From: Candidatus Latescibacterota bacterium
GTDB taxonomy: Bacteria > Latescibacterota > UBA2968 > GCA-2709665
Length of the DNA: 64,000 bases
Assembly (NCBI GenBank): GCA_965219995.1
Contig: CBDCOX010000002.1
Coordinates: forward strand, 32,001 to 96,000
Direction: 5' to 3'
Shown here: positions 20,340 through 31,717 of the stretch, in pieces
How the letters are laid out: each line of letters begins with the position of its first letter
Numbering within the stretch: the stretch's first letter is position 1
Made by a program: the position numbers and the translations under genes
The notes under the pieces: generated by a model
Database searches by the model: none
What the model saw: the letters and a program-made list of their open reading frames with translations, nothing else
What the model was told of the DNA's origin: nothing

Positions 20340-20373
20340 CCATTTCGGCGCCATAACGGGACGAAAGGAACAA

Positions 20374-20575
20374 TAGCCACAGAAAGCACAAAAAGCACAG
20401 AAGGGAAAGAACGAAGCCGGCGCGTTGTGGAAGTGTGGCAACGCGGATATTCACTCAACAGCACTGGGAGTTCGGTTTTTCAATTTGTGCTTTTGTGCCT
20501 TTTGTGGCCAATGTATTTATGTGCCGGACTGATCGAGCAGGAAGATAGCCACAGAAAGCACAAAAGGCACAGCGC
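20374..20575. repeat. Family B CACAAAA-periodic repeats (+, -, + copies)
   Basis: GCCACAGAAAGCACAAAAAGCACAG, TTTGTGCTTTTGTGCCTTTTGTGGC and GCCACAGAAAGCACAAAAGGCACAG in the intergenic gap. Confidence 0.75.
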
Positions 20576-20595
20576 ATGTGAGAGAGCGAGGAGCG

Positions 20596-21729
20596 ATGAA
20601 AATAACAGAGGTCAAGACCTTTCCCGTCTTCTACGGTTCCCGCAACTACCTTTTCGTCAAGATCGAAACCGACGAGGGCATCTACGGTGTGGGCGAATTC
20701 GGGATCACGTGGAAAGAGCAGGCCGGCGTCGGCGCGATTCGGCACATGGCCTCCGATCTCATCGGCCAGGACCCGCTCAATATCGAATACATCTGGCAGA
20801 TCCTGTTCCGGGGCGATTTCTTCCCCGGCGGGCGTATCCATATGGCCGCGATCAGCGCGATCGACATTGCCCTGTGGGACATCAAGGGCAAGGCACTGGA
20901 GCAGCCGGTCCATATGCTGCTGGGCGGCAGGCTCCGGGACCGTGTGGTCTGCTACACCGGCATCGGCGGCAGGACGCCGGAAGATACGGCGCATTCCGCC
21001 GAAGAACGTGTCGCCGAAGGGTGGAAATATCTCCGCATGTCCGTTCTGGATCGTGACGGCGTCCTGGAACCCGCAACCGCCGTTCGGGACTCCGTCGCGC
21101 ATTTCGCGGCAGCCCGGGAAGCTGTCGGTCCCAATATCGAAATCTGCATCGACGTACACACGCGGCTGGATCCCCCGGACACCATCCGCCTGGGCCGCAA
21201 ACTGGAACCGTACGATCCGTTTTTCATCGAAGACCCGCTCAGGTGTGAGAACCCGCAGACCTACCGGCTGGTCCGCAACCACGTGAACTGTCCGCTGGCC
21301 GTGGGGGAACACTACGCCACCAAGTGGGAGTTCCGCCAACTCATCGAGGAAGAACTGGCCGACTACGCACGCATCGACCTCTGCATTGTGGGCGGCCTCA
21401 CCGAGGCCCGCAAGGTGGCCAACTGGTGCGAGACCCACTACATCCGGATCGTGCCCCATAACCCGCTCGGTCCGGTTTCGGCCGCCGCCTGCCTCCACCT
21501 GGACGTTGCCACGGACAACTTTGCCGTTCAGGAAGGCGGTCTGGTCGGGCGCACCGTCATGGAGGACCTGTTTCCCGTCCAGGTGCCGTACGAATCGGGT
21601 CACCTCCTGGTGTCCGACCGCCCGGGGCTGGGGGTGGAATTCGACGAGGCCGCGACCGCAAAATACCCGTTCCGGTGGGGGCACGGCCCCCGGCTGCAAC
21701 GGGAAGACGGTTCGTTCACGAACTGGTAG
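20596..21729 (+). CDS. Mandelate racemase/muconate lactonizing family enzyme (galactonate dehydratase-like)
   Basis: SAIDIALWDIKGK, DVH, FIEDP, GE, PHNP, PGLGVEFDE. Confidence 0.92.
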   Translation: MKITEVKTFPVFYGSRNYLFVKIETDEGIYGVGEFGITWKEQAGVGAIRHMASDLIGQDPLNIEYIWQILFRGDFFPGGRIHMAAISAIDIALWDIKGKALEQPVHMLLGGRLRDRVVCYTGIGGRTPEDTAHSAEERVAEGWKYLRMSVLDRDGVLEPATAVRDSVAHFAAAREAVGPNIEICIDVHTRLDPPDTIRLGRKLEPYDPFFIEDPLRCENPQTYRLVRNHVNCPLAVGEHYATKWEFRQLIEEELADYARIDLCIVGGLTEARKVANWCETHYIRIVPHNPLGPVSAAACLHLDVATDNFAVQEGGLVGRTVMEDLFPVQVPYESGHLLVSDRPGLGVEFDEAATAKYPFRWGHGPRLQREDGSFTNW

Positions 21730-21820
21730 GCATACCGGGAGGCGTATGCAGGAGTGTGGCGGGATACAGGACGCGGCACGGACGGGAGCACGACAGCGCA
21801 AGTGAGATGAATTCATAGAA

Positions 21821-21851
21821 AAAGGGTTACGCCGAACTGGCGTAACCCTTT
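21821..21851 (-). terminator. Intrinsic terminator downstream of tRNA-Leu
   Basis: AAAGGGTTACGCC-GAACT-GGCGTAACCCTTT hairpin. Confidence 0.75.
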
Positions 21852-21860
21852 GATTGTTTT

Positions 21861-21947
21861 TGGTGCCGAAGCCGAGACTCGAACTCGGACGGGCATGCGC
21901 CCACTGCGCCCTCAACACAGCGTGTCTACCATTTCCACCACTTCGGC
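21861..21947 (-). tRNA. tRNA-Leu (GAG)
   Basis: GCCGAAG..TGGTAGAC..anticodon loop TTGAGGG..long variable arm..GTTCGAGTC..CTTCGGCACCA. Confidence 0.97.
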
Positions 21948-22037
21948 AAAATGGAACCGGTTGTCTGCCGTACCGATCGGACCGGCGGCACGACCGACAG
22001 TGGCTGTCGTTCGGATTCGGGAAGTCGCCGGGAGTCG

Positions 22038-22433
22038 TTACCGAACTGTATCGGCGGGTGAAGTTGCCGGCCGGGTACGTTCGGAAGCCGCACCCCGTCC
22101 GGACTGGTCGAGCGGCTGAGGCAGGCCGGACGGCGTGCTCTGAAGCGGCAAGGGCTGTTCCCGGAGGGCACGCTCGGCCGCGCTCTCGGGGATCGAGCTA
22201 TCGCCCCGGGAAGCGTACCAGAGTGCGATGCAGGTCAGAAAAAAAACGACCGCCAGAACGGTGGTTACCTTGCTCAGAAACGTGGCGGCGCCGGCCCCGC
22301 CGAACATCGCGCTTCCGCCGCCGCCGCCCCCGAAAGCGGTGGAGAGGCCGCCCCCTTTGCTGGCCTGCAGCAGAATGGTTACGATCAATACCAGGCAAAC
22401 CAGAACATGAACAATGAGAAGAAGCGTTGTCAT
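22038..22433 (-). CDS. secG: Preprotein translocase subunit SecG
   Basis: ILLQASKGGGLSTAFGG..FLSKVT; conserved tpiA-secG-tRNA-Leu synteny. Confidence 0.96.
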   Translation of the reverse strand: MTTLLLIVHVLVCLVLIVTILLQASKGGGLSTAFGGGGGGSAMFGGAGAATFLSKVTTVLAVVFFLTCIALWYASRGDSSIPESAAERALREQPLPLQSTPSGLPQPLDQSGRGAASERTRPATSPADTVR

Positions 22434-22459
22434 TGTAGATTCCTAAACCAGGTTGATTC

Positions 22460-23230
22460 CTAAACCAGATCAGGCTGAATGGCAGCCTTTACGATGGCCG
22501 CGAATGCACTGGACTCGAGCGAAGCGCCTCCGATCAATCCGCCGTCGATATCGGACCGGCTGAACAGATCGGCGGCGTTCTCCGGTTTGACGGAACCGCC
22601 GTACTGGATTCGCACCGAACGTGCGACGTGGTCGCCGTACAGGTCCTGAAATCCCCGGCGGATCGAAGCGTGAACGGACTCGGCCTGTTCGGGCGTTGCC
22701 GTCAGGCCCGTGCCAATCGCCCACACGGGTTCGTAGGCGACCACACAATCCAACGCATCCGATGCGTTCACGTCGCTGAAAGCCGCCGAAACCTGCCGCT
22801 GAATCACCCGTTTCGTTTCCCCGGACCGGCGCTCGCCGATGGTTTCACCCACACAGACGATCGGTTTCAGTCCCGCGCCGAGGGCGGCCCTAAGCCGCTG
22901 ATTTACAGTCGTATCCGTTTCGCCGAAGTATGCGCGACGTTCAGAGTGCCCTAATATAACGTACTCACATCCGCATGTCAACAGCATGCCCGCCGAAACC
23001 TCCCCGGTAAACGCCCCTTCATCCGCCCAGTGCAGATTCTGCGCGCCCAACTTCACGGCACTGCTTCCAAGCACGTTACGTACGCGCTCGAGAACCGTGA
23101 AGGCGGGACACACCACGACCTCGACATCCGTCGCGCCGTCCACCGAATCCAGAATCCCCCGCGCGAGGTCCTCCGCCTCGCCCGACGCCATGTGCATTTT
23201 CCAGTTTCCCGCCACAATGGGTACCCGCAT
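22460..23230 (-). CDS. tpiA: Triosephosphate isomerase
   Basis: AGNWKM, GHSERR, AYEPVWAIGTG, YGGSVKP, IGGASL. Confidence 0.98.
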   Translation of the reverse strand: MRVPIVAGNWKMHMASGEAEDLARGILDSVDGATDVEVVVCPAFTVLERVRNVLGSSAVKLGAQNLHWADEGAFTGEVSAGMLLTCGCEYVILGHSERRAYFGETDTTVNQRLRAALGAGLKPIVCVGETIGERRSGETKRVIQRQVSAAFSDVNASDALDCVVAYEPVWAIGTGLTATPEQAESVHASIRRGFQDLYGDHVARSVRIQYGGSVKPENAADLFSRSDIDGGLIGGASLESSAFAAIVKAAIQPDLV

Positions 23231-23270
23231 CCCGGTCTCCGCACGAAATCGCTCAGTCACGCCTGGTGTT

Positions 23271-24464
23271 TCACAGTTTGCGGTCCGACAGGGCGGCCAC
23301 GCCCGGAAGCACCCTGCCTTCGAGAAATTCCAGGAAGGCCCCGCCGCCCGTTGAAACATGGCCCAGCCTGTCCGCGAGACCGCACGTTGTCAGGGCCCCG
23401 ACCGTTTCTCCGCCGCCGGCGAGGGTATTGGCGCCGCGCGACGACGCCTCCGCAACGGCTCGCGCCACAGCGTGGGTGCCCGGCGCAAAGGCAGGGATCT
23501 CCGATACGCCCATTGGCCCGTTCCACACCACGGACCCGGCCTTCAGGATCTCCTCCGAAAAGGTCGTCCGGGTGTCGGGCCCGATATCGAATCCCTCCAG
23601 GTCCGTCGGCATGGCGTCTCGCGGTACGACCTGAGGTATCGCGTCCTCTCGCGGCTCGACCGCAACCACGCAGTCCGTGGGCAGCAACAGCCGGACGCCC
23701 GAGCCGGCAGCGCGTTTCAGCAGGACTTCCGCCATCCCCACGCGGTCCTCCTCGAGCAGCGACCGTCCGATCTCGAGGCCCATCGCCTTGAAGAACGTGT
23801 ACGCCATACCGCCGCCGATCAGAAGCGTATCCACGAGGGACAGCAGATGCTGAATGATGTCGATCTTTCCGGAAATCTTCGCGCCGCCGAGGACGGCGAC
23901 AAACGGCCTGGCCGGCGCCGACAATGCCTCTTCCAGGGAATCCAGTTCCCGCTGCATCAGGAACCCGGCGGCACAGTCCACGAAATGATGGGTCACGCCT
24001 TCCGTGGACGCGTGCGCCCGGTGCGCCGTGCCGAAAGCGTCGTTCACGTAGGCAGAACCCATTTCACAGAGCTGGCGGGCGAAATCGGGATCGTTCGCTT
24101 CTTCCGCGGCGTGAAACCTCAGATTCTCCAGCAGAACCACGCCATCCGTGCGCTTTGCGAGCGCCTCCGTTTCCGGACCCACGCAATCCGGCGCCATCAG
24201 GACCTCGCGCCCCAACAATTCGCCCAGGCGTTCGGCCACGGGCTTCAGAGAAAATTCGGGATCGACGCGCCCGCCGGGCCTGCCCAGGTGGGACATCAGG
24301 ATCGGAACGCCTCCGTGATCCAGTATAAATCGGACCGTGGGGAGCGCGGCACGGATCCGCGTGTCGTCCCCGACGCCCCCGTTCTGGAGCGGCACGTTGA
24401 AATCCACCCTCACCAGAACCCGCCGTCCGGCAAGCTCCAGATCCGCAATCGAAAGTTTCGCCAT
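23271..24464 (-). CDS. pgk: Phosphoglycerate kinase
   Basis: RVDFNVP, SHLGRP, LENLRF, DAFGTAHRAHAS, STGGGA. Confidence 0.98.
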   Translation of the reverse strand: MAKLSIADLELAGRRVLVRVDFNVPLQNGGVGDDTRIRAALPTVRFILDHGGVPILMSHLGRPGGRVDPEFSLKPVAERLGELLGREVLMAPDCVGPETEALAKRTDGVVLLENLRFHAAEEANDPDFARQLCEMGSAYVNDAFGTAHRAHASTEGVTHHFVDCAAGFLMQRELDSLEEALSAPARPFVAVLGGAKISGKIDIIQHLLSLVDTLLIGGGMAYTFFKAMGLEIGRSLLEEDRVGMAEVLLKRAAGSGVRLLLPTDCVVAVEPREDAIPQVVPRDAMPTDLEGFDIGPDTRTTFSEEILKAGSVVWNGPMGVSEIPAFAPGTHAVARAVAEASSRGANTLAGGGETVGALTTCGLADRLGHVSTGGGAFLEFLEGRVLPGVAALSDRKL

Positions 24465-24644
24465 ATTGCCAATTCCCGGCGCCAGCTTCTTACCATCATA
24501 AGACAGGGAGCCGTCCTGCGCTCATACCTTGCGTAGTCCGGCTCCCGAAACCCCGCTCACCGGCAGCTCTTCCGAAAGCGGTCAACATATATACGATTTC
24601 TGTGCAACGCCACCCCGGGCCGGACATGCCTTCTGCGGCGGCGT

Positions 24645-25709
<1,065 letters not shown>

Positions 25710-26747
25710 TCAGCCAAAAAAGACCCTGGCGATGTCATACATATTCATATCGACGGTGCGCAACTTGGATACCGCGTCTTTCAGGGGCACAGATACGATA
25801 TCTGTACCACGCAGCGCCACCATCTGGCCGAATTCGCCGGCGTGCACGAGGTCGATCGCGGCGATGCCGAACCGGGTGCCCAGAACGCGATCGAATGCAG
25901 TCGGATTGCCTCCGCGCTGGATGTGGCCCAGCACGGTTACCCGGGTTTCGAAGCCCGTTCGCTTTTCTATTTCTTCGCCGAGTACGATACCGATTCCGCC
26001 CAGACGCACGTGCCCGAAGGCATCGCGTTCCTCGGACTGAAGTACGTGCGACTCGTCGGACAGCCTGGCGCCCTCCGCAACCACCACGATACTGAAGGTC
26101 TTGCCGCGGTCGTGGCGTTTCTGAATGGATGCGCAGACCATATCCAGGTCGACGGGCTGTTCGGGTATCAGCACCATGTCGGCGCCGCCCGCGATGCCCG
26201 CTTCCACGGCGATCCAGCCCGCGTGACGCCCCATCACCTCGACCACCATCACCCGGTTGTGGGATTCGGCGGTCGTATGCAGCCTGTCAATGGCGTCCGT
26301 GACGGTATTGATGGCCGTATCGAACCCGAATGTCTGGTCCGTTCCGTCCAGATCGTTGTCGATGGTCTTTGGCACGCCGATGACGTTCACGCCTTCTTCG
26401 TACAGCTTGCTCGCCACGCCGACCGTGTCGTCTCCGCCGACGGCAATCAGCGCATCCAGCCCCATATTGATCAGATTCTCCTTTACGGTCGCGCTACCGT
26501 TGGGCTCCTTGAACGGATTGGTCCTGGATGTGCCCAGGATGGTACCTCCCCGGGGCAGGATGCCCGAAACCGCATTCAGGTCCAGCGGCATGGAGATCGA
26601 CTCGAGCATGCCTCTCCAGCCCAGCATAACGCCCACGATCTCGTAACCGTAAGCGTCTATTCCTTTCCTGGTAACCGCCCGTATTACCGCGTTCAACCCG
26701 GGGCAATCGCCGCCGCCGGTTAAAATGCCAACACGCCTGATCGCCAT
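25710..26747 (-). CDS. pfkA: 6-phosphofructokinase (PfkA family)
   Basis: TGGGDCPGLN, GGDDT, PKTIDND, EVMGRHAG, LGHIQRGG. Confidence 0.96.
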   Translation of the reverse strand: MAIRRVGILTGGGDCPGLNAVIRAVTRKGIDAYGYEIVGVMLGWRGMLESISMPLDLNAVSGILPRGGTILGTSRTNPFKEPNGSATVKENLINMGLDALIAVGGDDTVGVASKLYEEGVNVIGVPKTIDNDLDGTDQTFGFDTAINTVTDAIDRLHTTAESHNRVMVVEVMGRHAGWIAVEAGIAGGADMVLIPEQPVDLDMVCASIQKRHDRGKTFSIVVVAEGARLSDESHVLQSEERDAFGHVRLGGIGIVLGEEIEKRTGFETRVTVLGHIQRGGNPTAFDRVLGTRFGIAAIDLVHAGEFGQMVALRGTDIVSVPLKDAVSKLRTVDMNMYDIARVFFG

Positions 26748-26916
26748 GGGAGCGCTCCGCGCCAGGTCCGATTGTCACGCATGATTTGTCGCACGGACAG
26801 GGTCCGTGTACACGGCTGCCCATCCGCAATACGACTCGTTCGGAAACCGTAAATTTAACGCATCACTCGCACAGTGTCAAGTTGTTTTTTTTGTCAAAGT
26901 GTTTGGAATCAACGCG

Positions 26917-27702
26917 TTAGATGAAAAGACGGGCGCTGGAATCGTCCTTCGGGGGCCCCGTTTTTTCCGCATCGAAATAGGGACATGCCACGGTCGCCAC
27001 GTCGACTTCGGATGCGCCCGCTTCGAGCAGTGCGGCGGCACACGCGTTGGCCGTGGCCCCCGTGGTAACCACGTCGTCCACGAGCAGTACCCTGCGTTCC
27101 CTGACGCGATCGCGCCGGCGACTGCGGAACGCGCCCTCCATATTTGCGCCGCGTTCCGCCGAGTCCAGGTTCGTCTGGGTTTCCGTGGCACGAACGCGCT
27201 TCAGCGCACGGTCTTCAAGGGAAAGATCCAGCACCCGTGCCATGGCGCGGGCGATCAGTACGCTCTGGTTGTAGCCCCTTTCGCGCAGCCGGCTGCCGTG
27301 GAGGGGCACCGGCACAACGACCGGCCGGGCTTCCGCGAGCGATTCCCTTTCCAGCATCCGTCCCAGGGCCCGGCCGAGGGCCTGGCCGGCAGCGGTCTGC
27401 CCCTGATATTTCAACATGTGAACCAGTCGCTGCGCCGACTGGCTATAGGTTGTGAGCGCAAACAACCGGGAAAATACAAACGCTTTGTCCGCGCAATTCG
27501 CGCACGGATCGGAAAGTCCCGGACAGCCGCACCGGGCGCATCGCGGTCCCTGGATGATGCCCAGCGCCTCCCAGCAACCGGGACAAAGCCCGTCGGATTC
27601 CTCGAGCGGTGTCCGGCAGAGCAGACAGTGCGGGGGATATACGAAGCTGAGTACGGATTCCCGGAAAGATTGAAGGAACTGAATGAAGGCGTCCCGTTTC
27701 AA
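26917..27702 (-). CDS. comF: ComF family protein (zinc ribbon + PRTase)
   Basis: CxxC pairs, VPVPLH..RGYNQS, LLVDDVVTTGAT. Confidence 0.9.
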   Translation of the reverse strand: MKRDAFIQFLQSFRESVLSFVYPPHCLLCRTPLEESDGLCPGCWEALGIIQGPRCARCGCPGLSDPCANCADKAFVFSRLFALTTYSQSAQRLVHMLKYQGQTAAGQALGRALGRMLERESLAEARPVVVPVPLHGSRLRERGYNQSVLIARAMARVLDLSLEDRALKRVRATETQTNLDSAERGANMEGAFRSRRRDRVRERRVLLVDDVVTTGATANACAAALLEAGASEVDVATVACPYFDAEKTGPPKDDSSARLFI

Positions 27703-27875
27703 TCGATCACCGCCTGAATGAAGAGAAATGGCTTGCAAAAGCAGCCCGTTACCAATACATTCCCACACTCGATCCCACCGTCCGCGCACGGTTGGTGAAT
27801 CCCGCTTCCAACGTGCGATTCCGTCTCCCCGCTCCCGCACGGCCACGCCCCTTTTTCCCGTCCCGGTCGACCTCC

Positions 27876-29852
27876 ATGAAAAATACCCGCGCGATCATCT
27901 TCGATCTTGACGGAACCCTCTTCGACCTGGACCCACTGGTTCAGGCCGCCCGCAAGAGGGTCGCGCGCCATCTCCATGCCCATGGTTTCTTCGCCTCGGA
28001 ATCCTACGCCCTCAGCCGGATCAACGAACTGGAACGGCGGCACGGGCCCTACTATTCTTCGTCTCCCTATTATTTCGCCTTCTACGACATCGCCAAAGCC
28101 CTCCAGCGCGACAAGCCCGATCAACTCGCCGATTATATCAACAGGCTGCGTCCCAGCCATCGGAGTCTGGAGGACACCGACTCCATCGAAGCCTTTGTTG
28201 CGGAACTCGAATACGTCTACAACAGCGAGGCCGTCGAAGACGTAAAGCTCTTTCCGGGCGCGTTCCAGACGCTGCAGGAACTTCGCGACGCGGGCTGCCT
28301 GCTCTTTCTGGTGACGTTCGGGCGGACGCTTCGGCAGAAAAACAAGATAAATCTCCTGAAGATTGCGCCTTACTTCCACAGAATCGTCAACGAAGGCCCG
28401 CCGTCTCACGACTATTGGTTCGCCGAACTCATCAAAGACCATAAACTTTCGCCCGAGGAAGTCGTGTGCGTAGGCGACCGCGCCCAAGATGAGATTCGGG
28501 CGGGCAACCGGCTCGGATGCACGACGGTCTGGATGCGCCGCGGACGATTCGCCGAGGAGGAGCCGGGTGAGGGCGACCGGCCTACCCATCAGATCCGCCT
28601 CCTCCCTCAACTCTCGACCCTGATCCACCTGGCTCGCATGGACAAGGACCGGCGCCGGTTGAAAGTGGCCGCGCTCGGCGGGGGCACCGGGCTTCCCATC
28701 GTACTGCGAGGAATCCAGACCTACACCGACAGCCCTGCCGCGGTGGTTGCGGTTACCGACACCGGGGCCTCCTCGGGACGCATCCGCTGGAATCTGGGGG
28801 TGCAGCCGCCCGGCGACATCCGCAACGCGCTGACCGCGCTCGCCGATCGACGCCGTGTCTCCTCGGGGTTGATCCGCGTATTTCAACACCGGTTTCCGAA
28901 CAGTGAACGGGAAGCCGGGATCTTCCGGAACGACAACATCGGTAACTTCCTGATTGCCGCGCTGACCCAGCAACTCGGCGATTTCCAGAAAGCCATCGAG
29001 ACGGCCGGCGATATGCTGCGCATACGCGGGGAGGTCTTTCCCGCCACGAACCAGAACGTGGACATCTGCGCCGAACTCGAAAACGGAGATCAGCGCTATA
29101 CCGAGTGGATGGTGCGCAAAACCGGTAAATCGCCTCTAAAGCGCGCATATCATGTCGCCAACGGCGATATCCTTCGGGAGTTACAACAATCCGACGGCGC
29201 CCTATACATGGAGGAGGATTCCCAAACCGGTCAGGTGGAGGTCTACGCCAGGCCCGGAAAGGACTTCCAACCCGCCAGGAACGGGGCCCGCGCACCGCGC
29301 GCCGCCGTGCAGGCCCTCGCGGACGCGGACGTCGTGGTCCTCGGTCCCGGCAGCCTCTTCACGAGTGTGATTACAAATCTGCTCGTGCCGGACATCACCC
29401 GTGCGCTGTCCGCCCGTCAACACGGCAAGGTCCTCTACGTCTGCAATATCGTGACCCAGCCCGGGCAGACCGACGGATTCGGCGCGTCGGACCATCTCCG
29501 CGCTATTTTGCGACACTTTCCGGAAAGACATACCGGTATCCTGGACCACATGCTTGTGCAGGATCCGGAGGCGTTCCACAGGCCTGGAGGCCGAAAATGG
29601 CAACCGGTGCTGAATGCGTACCTCCGCGATGGCAAGGAACCGGTGAGATGCGATCCCGATGAGATCCGGCGTCTGGTAGCCTGCACGGTAACCGACCTGC
29701 TGGAGGACTACACGTCCGAGGCGAGGAGCCGCAGCGCGGGAGACTTTATCAGCCACAATCCGGACAGGGTGGCCGACGCGGTCTGCCGCGTGTACTGCGG
29801 GTTGGAAGTGCCGGACTACGGGGAGCTGGACAATGGCTCGTCGACGGATTGA
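27876..29852 (+). CDS. HAD hydrolase fused to a YvcK/CofD-like (UPF0052) domain
   Basis: N-terminal FDLDGTL and VGDR..DEI..GNRLG; C-terminal LGGGTGL, PPGDIRNAL, GPGSLFTSVITNLLV, TQPGQTDG. Confidence 0.88.
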   Translation: MKNTRAIIFDLDGTLFDLDPLVQAARKRVARHLHAHGFFASESYALSRINELERRHGPYYSSSPYYFAFYDIAKALQRDKPDQLADYINRLRPSHRSLEDTDSIEAFVAELEYVYNSEAVEDVKLFPGAFQTLQELRDAGCLLFLVTFGRTLRQKNKINLLKIAPYFHRIVNEGPPSHDYWFAELIKDHKLSPEEVVCVGDRAQDEIRAGNRLGCTTVWMRRGRFAEEEPGEGDRPTHQIRLLPQLSTLIHLARMDKDRRRLKVAALGGGTGLPIVLRGIQTYTDSPAAVVAVTDTGASSGRIRWNLGVQPPGDIRNALTALADRRRVSSGLIRVFQHRFPNSEREAGIFRNDNIGNFLIAALTQQLGDFQKAIETAGDMLRIRGEVFPATNQNVDICAELENGDQRYTEWMVRKTGKSPLKRAYHVANGDILRELQQSDGALYMEEDSQTGQVEVYARPGKDFQPARNGARAPRAAVQALADADVVVLGPGSLFTSVITNLLVPDITRALSARQHGKVLYVCNIVTQPGQTDGFGASDHLRAILRHFPERHTGILDHMLVQDPEAFHRPGGRKWQPVLNAYLRDGKEPVRCDPDEIRRLVACTVTDLLEDYTSEARSRSAGDFISHNPDRVADAVCRVYCGLEVPDYGELDNGSSTD

Positions 29853-30525
29853 TGCCGTCATCTTCGACCTGGACGACACCCTGTTCGACTGCACCGGCCA
29901 ACTGACGGAACCGGCGCGCCTTCGGGCGGCTGAAGTCCTTGCCGCGGCCATCCCCGATTCAGACGTGCATGTCCTGCGCCGCCAGCAGGGGGAACTGGTC
30001 GAACGGTTGAGTTCCTCCGACTCCATTCGCGAAATCGCCGGCCGGCACGGACTGTCAGCCGATGTCGCGGAAAGCGCGCTTTCGGCCTACAATCGGGACG
30101 AGGTGGAAGATATCGCGCCCTTTCCGGATACGCTCGTAACGCTGGATGAACTCGCGACGAGGAATTACCGGCTCTGCCTCGTGACCACCGGCCGCCCGGA
30201 ACGGCAGCGGCGAAAGATAAGCCGCCTGGGCCTGTGCGGTTATTTCAGCGAGGGGGACGGCACCCTCTTTTTTCACGACGACCGGGACGACCGTGAAAAA
30301 GACGGGGCGCTGCGTCGGGCGGCCCGTCGATACGACCTTCCGCCCGGCCGGATCCTGTCGGTGGGGGACAAGCTGGATTCCGAGATCGCGGCTTCCAGGC
30401 GCCTGGGCATGCGCACTGCGCGCCTGCGCTTCGGCAGACAAAAAAACCAGCGCCCTCGAACTCCCGAGGAACGCCCGGACCACGAACTGAACCGCCTGTC
30501 GGACCTGCTTGAATTGCTTCCCTGA
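29833..30525 (+). CDS. HAD family hydrolase
   Basis: FDLDDTL, VTTG, VGDKLDSEI. Confidence 0.9.
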   Translation: MARRRIDAVIFDLDDTLFDCTGQLTEPARLRAAEVLAAAIPDSDVHVLRRQQGELVERLSSSDSIREIAGRHGLSADVAESALSAYNRDEVEDIAPFPDTLVTLDELATRNYRLCLVTTGRPERQRRKISRLGLCGYFSEGDGTLFFHDDRDDREKDGALRRAARRYDLPPGRILSVGDKLDSEIAASRRLGMRTARLRFGRQKNQRPRTPEERPDHELNRLSDLLELLP

Positions 30526-30537
30526 AATAACGCGCGT

Positions 30538-31329
30538 TTACTGGTTTCCCTTCCGCGCCCCGGCATTCGCTGTGACCCGATCGCCTCGACGCAACCCCAG
30601 TTTCCGCGCCGCATTGCCTCCGTTGATCGCGACCTCCAGCGTATCCTCGCTTCCGTAGAGAACCAGCGCCTCGCCCTCCGGCACGTCGGCGTACGTCCGG
30701 GAGATGCCGTCAAACAGATTCTTCCCGATACGGACGCGGACCTCGCCGTCTCCCACGCGCTGCCTGCCAAGATTGCTGATCGCATTTCCGAAACCATCGA
30801 CGTGCACGATCCGCCCCACAACGTCGTCGCCGCACGCATGAACCGTCCACAGATCCAGGCGGTTGGGGTCCGCAACCGGCGGTCCCAGTTCCTCAGCCGG
30901 AACTCCGTTGCTCAGATGCGCCGCAACGGGGCCGAAGATGTCCCGGCCGTGAAACGTCGAGCTCACCGCGGGTCTGAAGCGCGCCGCATTGCGGATTTCA
31001 ACGACCTTCCACTTCATTTCGCGCTCGAATACGGCGCTGAACAGTCCGTTGTCCGGACCGACGAACAGGTATTCCGACGTATCCACCACGATCGCGCGGC
31101 GGGCGCTTCCAACCCCGGGATCCACAACCGCGAGATGGACCGTGCCGGCCGGGAAATAACGGTATGCGCTGGAAAGGACATAGGCGCCGGAGGCCACGTC
31201 CTGCGGAGGGATCCGGTGGGCCACGTCCACCAGGGTGGCGTCCGGAGCGATTGCGAGCATCGCGCCCTTCATCGCGGCCACGTACCCGTCGTGAAGCCCG
31301 AAATCCGATGTCAGCGTGATCACAGCCAA
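30538..31329 (-). CDS. SAM hydroxide adenosyltransferase (chlorinase/fluorinase-like, DUF62)
   Basis: TLTSDFG, VVDPGVGS, GPDNG, STFHGRDIF, DGFGN. Confidence 0.93.
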   Translation of the reverse strand: MAVITLTSDFGLHDGYVAAMKGAMLAIAPDATLVDVAHRIPPQDVASGAYVLSSAYRYFPAGTVHLAVVDPGVGSARRAIVVDTSEYLFVGPDNGLFSAVFEREMKWKVVEIRNAARFRPAVSSTFHGRDIFGPVAAHLSNGVPAEELGPPVADPNRLDLWTVHACGDDVVGRIVHVDGFGNAISNLGRQRVGDGEVRVRIGKNLFDGISRTYADVPEGEALVLYGSEDTLEVAINGGNAARKLGLRRGDRVTANAGARKGNQ

Positions 31330-31370
31330 GACACACCTCCACACCTCACCCCCGGCCGCCCGACCACCGG

Positions 31371-31526
31371 GTGAGACGTAAGACGGAAGAGGGTAGAGAT
31401 TACCAGCCTTGTTAGGATTCTTCTCGTGCCGGAGGCAAGAAGGAACAAAAAAATCGGGCGAGTATTTCTTCTACCGTCTACCGGCTCCCGTCTCACCGCT
31501 GTTGGTCTACCGTCTTCCCTCTACCC
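31371..31526. repeat. Family C 7-mer-periodic inverted repeat element
   Basis: GTGAGACGTAAGACGGAAGAGGGTAGAG facing CTACCGTCTACCGGCTCCCGTCTCACC and TCTACCGTCTTCCCTCTACC. Confidence 0.6.
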
Positions 31527-31717
31527 GCATTCAGGCTTTTTTTATTGAGGCTAAGTGCCGATATCCACAATATAACGCATGTCCGGCTGTCACGTGAAAC
31601 AGGATTCAAGCCCGTCCCGCGAGACGGAACGGACGTCCTCCTGCCCGCGAGGCTTGAGAGCGCGTGCGGGCAAGGCATGACGCCGGGCTCCCGACTGGCA
31701 GTTCCTTATCCCTGTTC

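Noticed and set aside
21861-21947. tRNA-Leu as the island integration site
   Set aside because: I saw no duplicated tRNA 3' end and no adjacent integrase in the window.
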